Origin: Octopus sinensis
Lineage: Eukaryota
Direction of reading: 5' to 3'
NCBI RefSeq assembly: GCF_006345805.1
Contig: NC_043001.1
Location: 71,052,001 to 71,116,000 of the forward strand
Length of the DNA: 64,000 nt
Shown here: one piece after another, positions 13,689 through 27,108 of the stretch
How positions within the stretch are numbered: the stretch's first letter is position 1
Layout of the letters: each line of letters begins with the position of its first letter
Made by a program: the position numbers and the translations under genes
The notes under the pieces: generated by a model
Database searches by the model: none
The model's input: only the letters and a program-made list of their open reading frames with translations
Told to the model about the DNA's origin: nothing

Positions 13689-15710
13689 AAGTTACTAATG
13701 ACCTATATGATAAGTTGCTAAATGACACCATTTCCACTAAATATAAGAAAGCTAACGTAGAGAGATACAATGATGTTAATGATGAGACAAATTCCTGGTT
13801 ACACGTGGTAATATCGACGATAGATTAGAATGCTTAGCTAAAAGCGAAGCTTTTATTACTTTATAAGACCATAAACCCAATTTGCATGATAAACCTACTT
13901 GTAGATTGTTAACCCCAGCGAGATCTGAAATGGGGCTAGTACCGAAAAAAATACTACGAAACATTAATAACAAAATTAAAGTGACCACTGGGCTTCAACA
14001 ATGGAATAATAGTTTTACTGTTATTGGTTGTTTTAAGAACATTAATTATAAGAATAAGGTAAAATAAGAATAAGGTCAAATTTACGTAGTTTTACATCAT
14101 AGATTTTTATCCCTCTATATCTAGATCGCTGCTTGATCAACACATCGAACTTGTTAAATCATGTGCTGATATTGACATGCGAGGAAAATGCCACTTTTAG
14201 AATGGGTAAAAAAATTGCATAATGATTAACTATTTGATGTATCTATTGGGTTGTATTAAACACGTTGAGATCAAAGTAACCATTTCATGACTTTGGTCTA
14301 TACCTAGACGACGGTTTGACCACTTCCCATAGGTGTGATGGTCACACCCTTGATCGATTTAGGAAACTTATTTCAACCTTCAGTCAATTAGGCCTTGAAA
14401 TTACAGTAGCTACTAATCTGTCTATAGTTGATGTTTTAGATGTTTCCCTAGAACCGAACTGTTCTTATAAACCTTTCCATAAGCCTAACAAGGAACTCGT
14501 CTATATACATATTGCCTTATCACTCGCCTCTAATATTTAAAAAACCTGATAGCTAATGTTAGTAACATATTCTCTAACCTCCCTTCTACTAAGGAAATTT
14601 TCGAGAAAGCAACCACCTACTATAACAATGCCCTAGCCAATTTATAATCCCTCAAGTATTAATTAGAATAATGATAACAGACTCCATGCACTTTAAAGAA
14701 AAAGTAATAGATACTCCCTATAATAATAATCAGAATAATAATAAAAGACCAAAAATAGACCAAAGAAAGTTATTTAGTTCGCCCCTCCCTTTTCTATTAA
14801 TGGAAAAGCTAACATAGGTAGAAGTTTCCTGTCTCTCCTAGAAAAACATTTTCCAACAACTCACAAATACGGGAAAATATCTAACAGGTGCTTGATAAAA
14901 TTATCATATGGTTGTTGCCCTAATATGAAGAGAATCATTACACAATGTCAACACCAAGAGCCCATATCTGGTTGTAATTGTCGTGACACAGGATCATGTC
15001 CACTTAACCAGTGATATATGATTAAATATCTGATATATGAGGCAGAGGTTACTGCAACGCTAGACGATAATACAGCTGATAAAACGGTCTACATTGGACT
15101 GTGTGAAGGAGAATTTAAAGGTCGCTATGTTGATTACATATCTTTCTTCCGACAAGGATAAAAACAAAGTTACTACGTTGGCTAGCCACGTATGGAGTTT
15201 GAAATCTAACGCAACACCACATATGCTTAAGTCCAAAAATAATCGAAAAATTTACACCTTATGTTAATCGGTCGAATAAAGGTATGCTAAGATGAAAGCG
15301 CTCAGATCCATTTCAAATTTAAAATCTCTAACTCACTACTGAAATCTAGATATGAAATTTTCAACATATCCCTAAGTTCCTTGTGAAGAGTAGCAAATTT
15401 CTGTCTATATCTGAAAAATTTGTCGCTATTTTTCCAGGCATATAATTTAAAATCTAAGGAAGATAACTCTTTTGCCTTTTAACTTATAATGTGATTACTT
15501 TGCCTTCTTCCGCTTTTTAACCTTCCTTGTTTCCTACATACTTCCTTCTCGACTTTTCGCGTTTCATTTCTCATTTAATTTTTAGTTCGTCCTTCAAGAT
15601 GGTTTGTATCTGATAACTGTACGGAGATGTTATACATGTTATAATTCCTTATTTGGAATGTTCTTAGTACAAGAAACCATTACAAGCACATAAACATATA
15701 TTGTATCTAT
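13689..15710 (+). mobile_element. Degenerate Penelope-like retroelement (Naiad-type): RT, GIY-YIG endonuclease, terminal repeat
   Basis: AFITL*DHKPNLHDKPTCRLLTPARSEMG..LQQWNNSF..IIDFYPSI; GLY..DDG region near 14300; YKPFHKPN; CNCR..CPL..LIYEAEV..VYIGLCEGEFKGRY. Many stops and frameshifts. Clade assigned from motif style. Confidence 0.9.
15604..15685 (+). ncRNA. Degenerate hammerhead motif in the Penelope terminal repeat (inverted copy at 13184-13251)
   Basis: CTGATAA-CTGTAC..GTACAA-GAAAC here; GTGATGA-CTGTGC..GCAGAA-GAAAC in the inverted copy. The consensus restores CTGATGA. Confidence 0.55.
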
Positions 15711-15819
15711 TGAATAATATATAGTTTGCAGAGCTTTGAATTTCTTTTAAACATTTTTTTTTTTTGCAATTTCCTGATAATACAGACACAGACTTGCTCA
15801 AATGCATTAATAAGTTAAC

Positions 15820-16790
15820 ATAGATACTTTTTTCACCGTTCTTATAATTATCTGAAATAAGACTGTCAAAGCGCGATATTCGAGCAATTTTGCTATTCAA
15901 CTTCAGAGAAGGATGTAAAGCAACTGAAACTGCTACTCGCAATATCAACGAAATAGTTGGTGAGGAAATGACCTATGAGTGGCCATCTCGAAAATGGTTT
16001 AAATGGTTTCGCAATGGAGAACTGAGTCTCTCTGTCATCAATGATAGTCAGTTAAAGCCCGTCATTGAGAAAGATCCACGTAAAACCACTCAAGAACTGC
16101 CAAGAGAACTTGAATTTAGCCAGAAAACTGCCTGCAACCATTTGCATGTGATCGGAAAATCAAGAAAGCTCGACAAATGGGTGCTCCACACGATTTAAGT
16201 AAAAATCAGAAAATGCACAGATATGAACATTGCTCGTCGCTTCCTCTCCGTTTCCAGAACGATTCATTTCTCGACCGTATTGTAACGCGATGAAAAGTGG
16301 ATTCTGTACAATAATGGAAAATGTTCTTCGCAGTGGTTGGACCCAAACGGAGCAGCAAAAACCTTCCCTAAAACAGAGCTGTTCAAAATGAAGTTTATGG
16401 TGACTGTTTAGTGGTGTACTGCTGAACTCATACACCATCACTTCTTAAAACCAGTAAAGACCATTACTGCAGAAACATATTGCTATGAAATTGCTAAAAT
16501 GAACGAAAAACTACTATTCCTCCGTGCCAGACCTGTCAACAGAGAAGGGCCAATAATTCTTCATGATAATGCTCGACCACATGTTTCACTAATGACGCTC
16601 CAGAAGTTGAGAGAACATGGGTACGAAGTTCTCCCCCCCCCCCCCCAGTTTATTGCCGAGATCTTACTCCTACCGACTACCACTTTTTCAAGCAACGTGA
16701 TGGTTTCCTGCGAGAGAAGGAGTTCAAGAATCAAACTGATGCTGAAAATGCATTTCATGAAAATGTATTTCATGTTACAAAACGTTGCTT
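15820..16790 (+). mobile_element. Degenerate mariner (DD34D) transposase
   Basis: IRAILLFNFREGCKATETATRNINE, KWFRNG, KLDKWVLH, RIVT.DEKWILYNN, PIILHDNARPHVS, YEVLP.PP, PTDYHFF; frameshifted, TIRs not resolved. Confidence 0.92.
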
Positions 16791-16818
16791 TCTTTTAACT
16801 CAGCATGATATATATATA

Positions 16819-16858
<40 letters not shown>

Positions 16859-16915
16859 GTTATATATAACATGTACAAAGTCTATGTCTTTACACACAAT
16901 ATTTACAAATTTACA

Positions 16916-17179
<264 letters not shown>

Positions 17180-17180
17180 G

Positions 17181-17748
17181 TTTCTTTATTGGCCACACAG
17201 GGCTGCACACAGATGGGACAAATTACAAGGTACAGCTTTTCTTTTGGGGGATAAAAAAAAAAGGTGGCGTAGGTTTTCGATCAAAAGGGATCGTAAAAGG
17301 GAAAAAAGAAAAAAGAAAAAAAGGAAAAGAAACAAAAGAAAAGAAAATAGAAAAAAAGAAGAAAAAAGAGGAAAAAAGGCGAAGAGGGAAAAAACGATCA
17401 ATAGGGATCGTGTATCACAGTGTCATGATGTACGGTGTAAAGGGGGAAGCAGATAAGGTTTATCCGTGGGAAGAAAAGCCTACGAAAAAGGTGGCTTCGT
17501 CATTCATACGTGCCATCCTTGCTACATTCAACCATCTTTTTTTAAAGCATTCGCTAGATAAAACTTTCCTCTCTACTCTCACCTTCCTTTTCAAGTGGTA
17601 CTTGAAGAAGTTGATGAGAGATTGACCAGAGAGGAAAGTGTGTGTCTCAAATCCTTTCAGACGCGTCCACCAGATACATTCTTTCGCCATAGCCACAAGA
17701 ATGACGAAAATAGCTCTTCCTTCCCGTTTGAAGGAAGGAGGCGCAAGC
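17181..17748 (-). mobile_element. 5'-truncated L1/Tx1-like LINE: ORF2 C-terminus and 3' UTR
   Basis: Open frame PPSFKREGRAIFVILVAMAKECIWWTRLKG..FFKYHLKRKVRVERKVLSSECFKKRW resembles the L1/Tx1 ORF2 C-terminal pattern (AK..IW..R .. F...W); pyrimidine-rich UTR, AATAAAGAAA, then (TATC)n. Confidence 0.7.
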
Positions 17749-17895
17749 GTACCTGTGTGGTATGAAGCTTGGTATATAACCACATGGTTCTAAGTTCAGT
17801 CCCTTTTCGTGGAAACTTTGGCGAGGGCCTTCAAGGCCGACTAGAGCTTTGAAATTGCATTAGGTAAAAGAGCACTGAAAAATCCCATCGTATTT
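17746..17895 (+). mobile_element. SINE family B fragment
   Basis: ctgtgtggtatgaagcttgg..aaccacatggttctaagttcagtccc. Confidence 0.7.
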
Positions 17896-19266
17896 GTGCG
17901 TGTGTTTGAGTGAGTGTGTGTGTGCGTATCTATGCATATTTTATCCTGGAATATAGAAGACAACAACTCCAAGCACAAGGTTGTTCCAGCAGGGCAGGAT
18001 TCTTGGACACTCAACACATGGTCATTACTAATAGACGGGGGCCAGATGACCATTAGAGCCAAGAATCATGTAACATGAAATTATTCATGTACAATCATAC
18101 GTTTAATTCCTAGAGATTTGATACTCAGAGCAATGGAAAATATCAAGTTCTTTTTATTGGTTGTACGTCACATAAAGTAAAATTGTATGTCGAATATATT
18201 TTTTTTTAATATTTAGATGACATACACTAGCTCCGAAGAAGACAAAATTTATTGCCTGAAAAATGTCGGAGACCACTGAAAAAAACATGCTGTTATAGCT
18301 GGCTTAATAGACAAGACGGGTGGTGAAGCAAAAATCATTGAGGAAGGTAGAAACATATGTCCAAGGGTTGCGACTTCTAACTTACCTAAGCTCATGTTTA
18401 TATGTCGGAGTTTTATCACCTTCATTAGCTGTTGGCATCGTACGGCTCTAGTGTCACGTTCGAAGGGACCAAGACACCTTTAAGGTTGCTTCACCACCTG
18501 ATGAGACATCGAATCCGGCATTCGATAACGGAGTACAGCACAACTCTCAGTACTCATGTGTTTACCTAGAAATTCATATTTCATAGAATATATTTACATA
18601 CATTTAAATTTGTTTACTTCACGAATTGCAAGATTACTCAGAAGTAAAATTGTCAGAAGCTGAAGTATTTCCGAGAAATATTTTAATCAAAATATTGCAA
18701 ATATTTCATTCGACGCGCCAAGTTCCCAGCTGCATTTCTTCTTCACATTTACTCCACCACTATTGATCTTACTATTAGAGTTTTGTGGATGCCGAAACAA
18801 GAATCTAAAAAGGAACAATAGTAAGACATATGAAGTGTTTCTTTGTTCCTTGCCTATTATTCTGTCCGGGTCAATGAAGCATAAAGGCATCCTTAAGCCA
18901 AAAAAAAAAAAAAGCCAAGGATTGCTGTACATCTAGCCAGCTATACAAATACCTCTCCAATTCTCAGCTTTAATTATTCTCCAAACTATCTGTCTTATTA
19001 TAATAGTATTTGACGTCCATCGTAAATCGCTAATCAATACAATCGATTTGGTTTCAATAAATGGTTTAAGCAAGCAGGTGTTTTGTTCAGCGTTGTGTTG
19101 TGTTTTTGTTCTTTTATTTCACTAATTTCCTCTGGTGTATGTGTATATGTGAAGATGTATGTGTATATGCATATGTGAATACGTGTGTATGTGTATATGT
19201 GTTTATGCGCTGAAATGTGTATGTGTGTAGATATATGTGTATATGCGCATAAGTGTACAAGCGTAG

Positions 19267-19297
<31 letters not shown>

Positions 19298-19315
19298 ATA
19301 TATATATATATATAT

Positions 19316-19349
<34 letters not shown>

Positions 19350-19872
19350 CGTAAGTATGTATGTATGTATGTATGTATGTATGTATGTATGTATGCATGT
19401 ATGTATGTATTTTGATGTATTCATGAAATGCTTCTGTACATTTGTTTATCATGTGTATTAATGCAAGTATTTAGGTTCTGTAAATGTGCATGTAGGATGC
19501 GTATGAAGTATGTTTATCATGTATATGAGTGTATGTTAAAGGGGCGTCTTTATGATGCTTCTGACGTGTGTGTTGTGTTTGTATATATGTGTCTGTGCGT
19601 ACATGTATAAACGCGTGTGTATGTATGGTTATCTTCACCTTCTTTCCTTAGCTGAATATAACAATAAGGGACGTGTTGAAAAAGCGTTAAACACATAAAG
19701 CGACATTAAAAATTAGAATAAAATGAAGAAATGATGAAGGGATAAAAAAAAAGCAAAAGACGCAAGGAACATAACTTTTAATTAGTTTCTAAAAAAAACC
19801 ATAAAAGTGTTATATGCATATGTATATAGGTGTGTGTACGTATGCATAAGTATATATATGTGTGAGTATGCA

Positions 19873-19919
<47 letters not shown>

Positions 19920-19983
19920 TCATCTCTATATGTAAGAATATATTTATATACACATAAATATACATAGAAATAAATATACATAT

Positions 19984-20050
<67 letters not shown>

Positions 20051-20837
20051 TGGGACAGTGGGAGCCTCTATGTGCAATTGAATGCATTTGCATATGTGAG
20101 ATTGTGCGTGTATTTAAGGGGGAAAAGATGAAAATAAGAGTATAATGTAAAAATAAGCCAGTTTAGACAAAACGCAGCACGGCAAGAAGAAGTAACAGAG
20201 ATAAGAGAAAACGCAAAAAAAATAATGCAGTAAAGTACGAATCTATAGAAACCGATTGCATAAAATATAACGGAAGATGCCCGTAATTTCTGTAAGTCCC
20301 TAGAGTATATTTCAAGTATAAAACAGATTATAAAATTTTAATTAAATTTCCAAACTTTAGATAGAATATTCAATGATGTTGAATATGGAAGGTAAATTCT
20401 CATGATCATTATACAGTAACAATAGATGCAGACGTCAGCTACCGACGCCTAGATACACACTCGTTGATATTTTGTTTTGTTGTTTTGTTGTGTGTGTTTT
20501 CTGGGGGGTTTTTTTGTCTAACCTCGATAAGGCAGCCGATTTTGCTTTTATAATTACATTTTACTATGACTAATGGATTAGAGAGAAGAAAATAATTAAT
20601 ATATAAGGATAACAGTGAAAAACAAAACCACCAACTGTAACAGCAATAACAATAAGATAGCAAGTATATAGAGAACAAGGAGGCGACATTAGTGACAACA
20701 GGTTAGCAACGAAAATGACGATAAAATAAACGAAAAGAACCGCTTAAAAAGCATCCTGAACGATGAATATGCAAATGAGTGAACGGATGAAGAGGTGGAA
20801 GAGAGGGAGAAATAGAATGACAGAGAGAGAATGACAA

Positions 20838-20870
<33 letters not shown>

Positions 20871-23394
20871 GTGCCGAGTGACAAAGCATGTGAAATATAT
20901 AGAATAAGAAAGAGTGAGAGACAGAGAGAGAATGTAATCTAATGACAGAGAGATAAAGAGTGAGAAGGAGAGAGAGTGGAGAAAGAGAGGTAGTGACAGA
21001 GATAGTGAGTTAAAGAGAGAGAGATTATAGGTGAGTGTGTGTATGCATAAGTATATATATGTGTGAGTGTGCATATATGAGAGAGGTTGGTGATAGATGG
21101 GGATGTGAAAAACAACAGAAACTGTATTAAATCTTCGCTATTTGATATGTTCGACAATTTGTTTTCATTAGTTTATGTTTATTTTTTTTATATCAAATCC
21201 TTTATTCGGTTTTCTGAGTTAGTCTGTAAATTTTTGTGCGGCGCAGACTACGGCCGGAAGAAATAACAACAAACGCGATAAAACCAATGGACAAAAAGAA
21301 ATCAGAGACCAACAATAGTTACATGAACAACAGTGGTAACACAAGGAATTATAATAACAAAGGTTATAGAAGAAAGCTAACAACATACAATATTGGCTAA
21401 AAATTCTCGGTTAATTAGGCATTGACAAACATGGCTACCACACACTTCTCTGATTTTCTTCTATAGCAAAATTTAAAGAACAAATGAGTTTTATATAATA
21501 GCAATTTATTGAACGAAATTATGTACTTAAATGCAAACCAAGTACCTAGGAACATATGAATGTGAGTAGCGACATAACATAGACTATTCGCACTATAGCG
21601 TCAATGAAAACTAGGTGTTCAGATTTGTTCGCTCCTGTTTCTACGCAATAATCTGTCAAATATTCTCCATCTCTTATTTCATATGCTATTTATCTTCATG
21701 GATTAAAAAGAATTAGCATTTTATATTTTAAAAAGGATGAGTGTGAAGGATAAAACTTGACGAGGTTCTACTACACATAAATGTGTAAAATTACTCACAA
21801 ACACGTGATTATTATTGTTTGGCCCAAGGTTGCTCCTATCCAGTAAATATATGATCAACATTATTGTAAGTATGTCTAGTAATAGGTTGTACTTAATGTA
21901 CACGCTGGCATTTGAAGGTAGACAGCGAGTTAGGCAAATGTGGCTATTTTTTCTAAGATATTGAACGACTGAGTAAATTCTCAGGGGTAGAACACTGTGA
22001 GAAGTGAGGCTGTGTTGAAAATTAAAATAATAGGACTTCATAGTTTTGATGAATTAGTATAAATCTGTTGATTTATAGTAGAGACACAAAATCGGTTAGA
22101 TCAACTTTCAGTCAGTATATTATTTCTACTTATCGACCTCTGAGAAATGAAATGTAAAATCTAAAATAACGCCATTAGATATCAGGTCCTTGAAGGGACG
22201 CAATTACATAGGACACTTTATTTTAACTGGAATTTACTAATGCAACGTTGTATTGACTTCGCCTCAGACATGTTTTAATCTAATGCATTATGTTCATTAG
22301 ACAGTACAGTGCTTTTATTGACGTATTATAGATCTACGTTGGTTTTACATGGGCTCAATGCGCAGTTAAGCTATTCTCTGCATCTTCAACTTCAAGTTTC
22401 TCTCTATAATCAATAGACCCCAGACAAATTCCCACTATCACATAAAGAATTAAAACAAGATACCAATACACAAATATTCGTCAAGCATTACGAACATTTT
22501 TCCATGTAAAAATCACAGCTGATTGGTTTGATTTAGTGTTTGTCTATCACAAGTTTCAAGATTCAATCTATATCGCAGCAAATATGTTGCAATTTAATGT
22601 AAATTAGTTTGGGTATTAGATAACTCAATCATGTTCCGTTGTCTTGCAGTATTGATCTCAAATATCAATCATTCTCCGAGTTCGTGTGATATTTCAACAA
22701 TGCAACGATGACCGATCACTGATTGAATGATGTGTTCAATAAGAGGTCAAATATCTGTAGGCTATAATTATCGAACAGATTGTCACGTGACTAACATATG
22801 TTGAGTAATGTTAGAATTGATTGAACCAAAATCAGAATATGTTTCCTATATATTTTATGTTATCGAAACGATGACGTCAGTGTTGCTAGGTTTTGAAATC
22901 AGAACGTATGCATTTAAAATATAAATTACATTATCCCAGTGTTCAACAGGTACATATTGTATCAAACTCCCGAAAGGATGGAAGGCATTTTGTCCGGCGT
23001 ACTAACGTACTTTAATAATATTTTGTATAGATACAGTATTTTACACGAAATTATTTCGTAAACCAGATTACTGCAAAAAATTGGGCAGTGGGGATAGAAC
23101 CTTCGAAACGACGTGAAGGAACTAAATATTAATGTAAACATTAATGGAATTCTTATCTAAATAACTAATTGGAGAGATTTGCAAATTAAGATTTGCTTTG
23201 CTAAAAGACCTAAAAACGAAGACCTCCGAGTTTCTGATTTAGAAACAAGCTCCATTCCAGGTATCACTCAATATGAAACAATAAATAATGGTTAATATAT
23301 CGATTTATTATTATCTGTGTGTAAAAAGAAAAAGAAAACCTCTTCAGGATAAATTCTTATTCGTGAGAGCAACTGCCAGAGAATTTTTCATATA

Positions 23395-23792
23395 TTGATT
23401 TCAAATTATGGGACTAGGCCAGCAATATCGGGATTTGGAGTATGTCGTTTATAAGGACCCAGTGCTCAACAGGTACTTATTTTTATCGGCTCGAACAGAT
23501 GAAAAGTATAGTCGATTTAACTAGAACTTGAACTGAGAACGTAAAGACAGACGAAATACCTATTTCTTTACTACCCACTAGGGGCTAAACACAGAGGAGA
23601 CAAACAAAGACAGACAGACAGATTAAGTCGATTATATCGACCCCAGTGCGTAACAGATACTTAATCTATCGACCCCAAAAGGATGAAAGGCAAAGTCGAC
23701 CTCGGCGTAATTTGAACTCAGAACGTAGCGGCAGACGAAATACTGCTAAGCATTTCCTCCGGCGTGCTAACGATTCTGCCAGCTCGCCGCCT
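23395..23792 (-). mobile_element. Head-to-tail dimer of SINE family A: well-preserved copy 23563-23792 plus 5'-truncated copy 23395-23560
   Basis: GGCGGCGAGCTGGCAGAATCGTTAGC (A box), GAGTTCAAAT (B box), GCCTTTCATCCTTTTGGGGTCGATAG, tail ..GCCCCTAGTGGGTAGTAAAGAAA. Confidence 0.92.
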
Positions 23793-24939
23793 TATTTTCT
23801 GGTTACTTGTACACAGCTCACAGCCAAACCTTTCATATCTTTACATATGTAGTAACGTCGGTAGGTAACCCGTAGCAGGCTTTCACGAATAGGTTTAGAT
23901 GTCTGTGCTTGTCATAAGCACACACAAACACACACTATGTTGCTCTCAGCCTTCACCCAATGGAACATCGAGGGTGGGACATTTGGAGGAACTAAAGAAA
24001 TGTCTTTATGATAATCAGCCAAACACTCCCAGCTCTTGACCACTTATCTTTATTTATGCATCTATATCAGACAAATCTATATCTCAAAAGCCAGTTTCAG
24101 TGATTACTTAAACCGCTGACTCCTGCCGATCATGTAGAAAATAAAAGTGTCCTTGATAGACGTGCCCTCGTCAGAAACTCTAATTTTGACTGTTTCCTAA
24201 AACAAATCATATGGACTACAACTATTAACATAATAGTCTTTATTGCAACGTAATTAACTCAGAGTAAATTGCCTTTGTTACAGCATAGATAAGACAGTAA
24301 AAAAGACATATTTCAACATGGTTATGTCAGAATAAGTAGGCACCATTTGTAACATAGCTGAATATAACCTACATCAACCGCTATAGACGGCAGTGGCAGT
24401 TTTGACAGTAATTGAACTCTCAACATAAGCGTTTAGCCTAATGTTCCAATAGAGTTACTCTTTAATTTCTTATTCATTAAGATAATTATCAATCAATAAT
24501 TACCACACTTTGTGTAAATAAATAATTATTGATAAATTGATTAATTGAATGTTTGATGCTAAGTGTTTAAGAATAGAATATAGGCAGAGATAGACAAGGT
24601 TGCTTCATTACCATTTAGCCGTGCATTGTAAATGTTTGGCTGTCTATTGTAACTGTTTAGCTGCATTGTAACAGTTTGGCATCTATCACTCACATACCCC
24701 AACAATCACTCTCTCCACTTCCATACATGAGGACCCTCATTCTCGGTGATGATTTCACTGTGAGATATCCCATTGAATGTGAAAAAACGTGTGTATATTT
24801 CAGTATTTCATGGAATGGGACGTATGCAAAATCGAAATGGTGCGGACGGAAGAGACAGAATATATAAAGGTAGTAAGAATGGCAAATTTCACGAGAACAA
24901 AAAGTTGACATAGTATCTGCAACACTATATACGTATCTG

Positions 24940-25262
24940 TACCTGGAACTCTGTCAGTTACGACGGCGTGTGCTTCAGTTGATCCAATCAACGGAAGCGT
25001 TTTCTTGTGAAATTAACGTGCGAGTAGCTAAGCAATCCACAGAACCCTTATTTTAATTCTCGGGGAGGTTCAACTTGATAAAGAAAGGAGTGATAATACT
25101 GGCCTTTTGAAATACAGATACTAGTCACACTTGGCAGCTGATTAGACTGGAGACACGTAAAATAAAGTGTCTTACTAAAGGACACATCGTGTCGCGAAGA
25201 ATCGAACTCATGAGTTTACGATCATGAGCCGAATACCTTAACCACTAAGTCAAGCGCCTTCA
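24940..25262 (-). mobile_element. tRNA-derived SINE, family C (Meta/V-like central motif)
   Basis: Reverse complement GGCGCTTGACTTAGTGGTTAAG..GAGTTCGATTC..GTGTCCTTTAGTAAGACACTTTATTTTAC. Confidence 0.8.
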
Positions 25263-26460
25263 CGTATGTATAAACATGTGCGTATACCAATGGACTGAAA
25301 TTAGGCCTTATGTATTTCTGTGTTTGTTACATCCTTAATCTTGAACTACAGAACAACTGGAAATAGGGGGCCACGATGGATATTGTCAAGAATAATGGAT
25401 TGAGTGAGAGGTGCCACTGAAATTTTGGGCTGAAGTGGAAAACGCCTAACTAATTTAAGCTGGTAAATAAGAGCCTGTGGGTTGCATATTGCTCCAAAGA
25501 ATATTGGTAAGAAGTTCTGTTTGAAGGTTCATTTAACGCTAACAATCATCCTGAAAGGATTCGAAATTACGTAACAACTGATAGTAGAAACTTTTACTGT
25601 GATTTTTACATATGCATACATTCTGGAAGGCGTGCAGTTCTGATCGTCGTTCATCATACGTATTGTAATAGTGTACATATTTAAGTGAACTAAAATATAA
25701 AGAAATGTGTAACATAACGGCCTTGATAAATTATTTACGCAAGTACTCCTATATCCAAAAAGAAAGTAGACAATCAAATGCTTATCGCTAATTACACCAT
25801 ATGTTCTTGTTTTTTTTATGTGTGCGATATTCCTGTCTTTTGTAATTACTAAGTTGGCCAGCACCGGCTCTTTCCAACTATCTACTGATTCCCAACCCTG
25901 TGTACTACTTTGGTTGTATGTTATTGCGTTACCAAATAGTTACAGAAAATGGATGATGTAACGATTTTGTGGGTTGGTGGCAAATAAATTAGATGTCGGT
26001 AGATTTAAGGTTTCCTATGTTTTTTGCTTGCTTTCATATTATATTTATCAGATTCTTGCCTGATCGGTTTAGTAATCCAGTGGGTCCTAATGTCAAACAG
26101 ACTAAAGAATACGAGTTAAGTATTTCAGACAGAAATTTCTGTATTCTTATAAAATCTCAGTCGTAAATCTTATCATAAATTTTACGGATCAAGCACTATT
26201 CATTACTGTACGGTCATTTTTATTGTCTAGAGCCGTAGATCGGTTACCCAGTTGTCGTGGCGTATAAATATCTGAGATCACATTCCCCTCGAACGGGATA
26301 CCAGACTGTGGCAAGATTCCAGGCCAGCAATCTTGAGAGGAGGATGTAATCAAGCAGATTACATAGACCACTGTAAGTGGCTTCTAGTACTTTAGTTTAT
26401 AGACACCGGGGGCTGAGAGGTAAAGCTGGCCAGGGCGGTCTACGTAAAAGCCGACGGAAT

Positions 26461-26977
26461 GGTGCTAGGTAAATTCCACCATGGAATATTCCACCAGGTA
26501 AATTTCACCATAGATAAATTCCACCACCGTATATTCCATCATGGTAAATTCCACCAAGGATAGACTTCCACTATATGCTGCTCGCGCTAATAATCACCGT
26601 GGTCAGTTTCTCTAGACTGTGGGTCAATACGTATGTTATTTGATCTGTCAGTCTCTCAAGTCTTAAGAGAGAGAGAGAGAGAGAAAGAGAGATAGTCTGA
26701 AGGTGAGATAGAAAATAATCTTTATTATCCACTTGAATTGAGATGGGATCACTTTAATGTATTCCCATCGAGTAAGAATCTATGAAAAAGACACCATGTA
26801 TTTCTTTGTTTGATTTTTCCTTAATTATTTTTTCTTCCTTGTATTTTTTGTTTTCATTGACATTACTGATACTATTTTTATGCATTCTTTCTCTATTTCC
26901 ATAATGGCGTAAACCATATAATATTATGATTCTACTACTACTACTACTATTACTACTACTACTACTACTACTACTAC

Positions 26978-27019
<42 letters not shown>

Positions 27020-27108
27020 TAATAATGATGATGATGATGGTGGTGGTGAAATTTAACTGGTGGAATTTTCCAGGGTAGAATTTACCGCGGTGGAATTTAC
27101 CGGTCACC
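26461..27108. mobile_element. Foldback-type MITE with terminal arrays of ~15-bp repeats, inserted in a family A SINE
   Basis: Left end GGTGCTAGGTAAATTCCACC followed by about six GGTAAATTCCACCA-like units; right end is the inverse (..GGTGGAATTTACCGGTCACC). SINE halves flank it at ~26400-26460 and 27110-27165. Confidence 0.85.

Noticed and set aside
15012-15014. In-frame TGA near the Naiad CNC..CPL motif as possible selenocysteine
   Set aside because: The TGA is one codon before the expected Cys position (which reads TAT), and the copy has many other stops and frameshifts.
15311-15327. Exact 17-mer tttcaaatttaaaatct shared with 63341-63357 (minus), suggesting a Naiad origin of the 63-kb repeat
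   Set aside because: Very AT-rich and does not extend convincingly; such a match is plausible by chance in 64 kb.
26461-26560. Short regularly spaced repeats resembling a CRISPR array
   Set aside because: No unique spacers; the repeats are mirrored at 27045-27108 as MITE arms; eukaryotic context with no cas genes.
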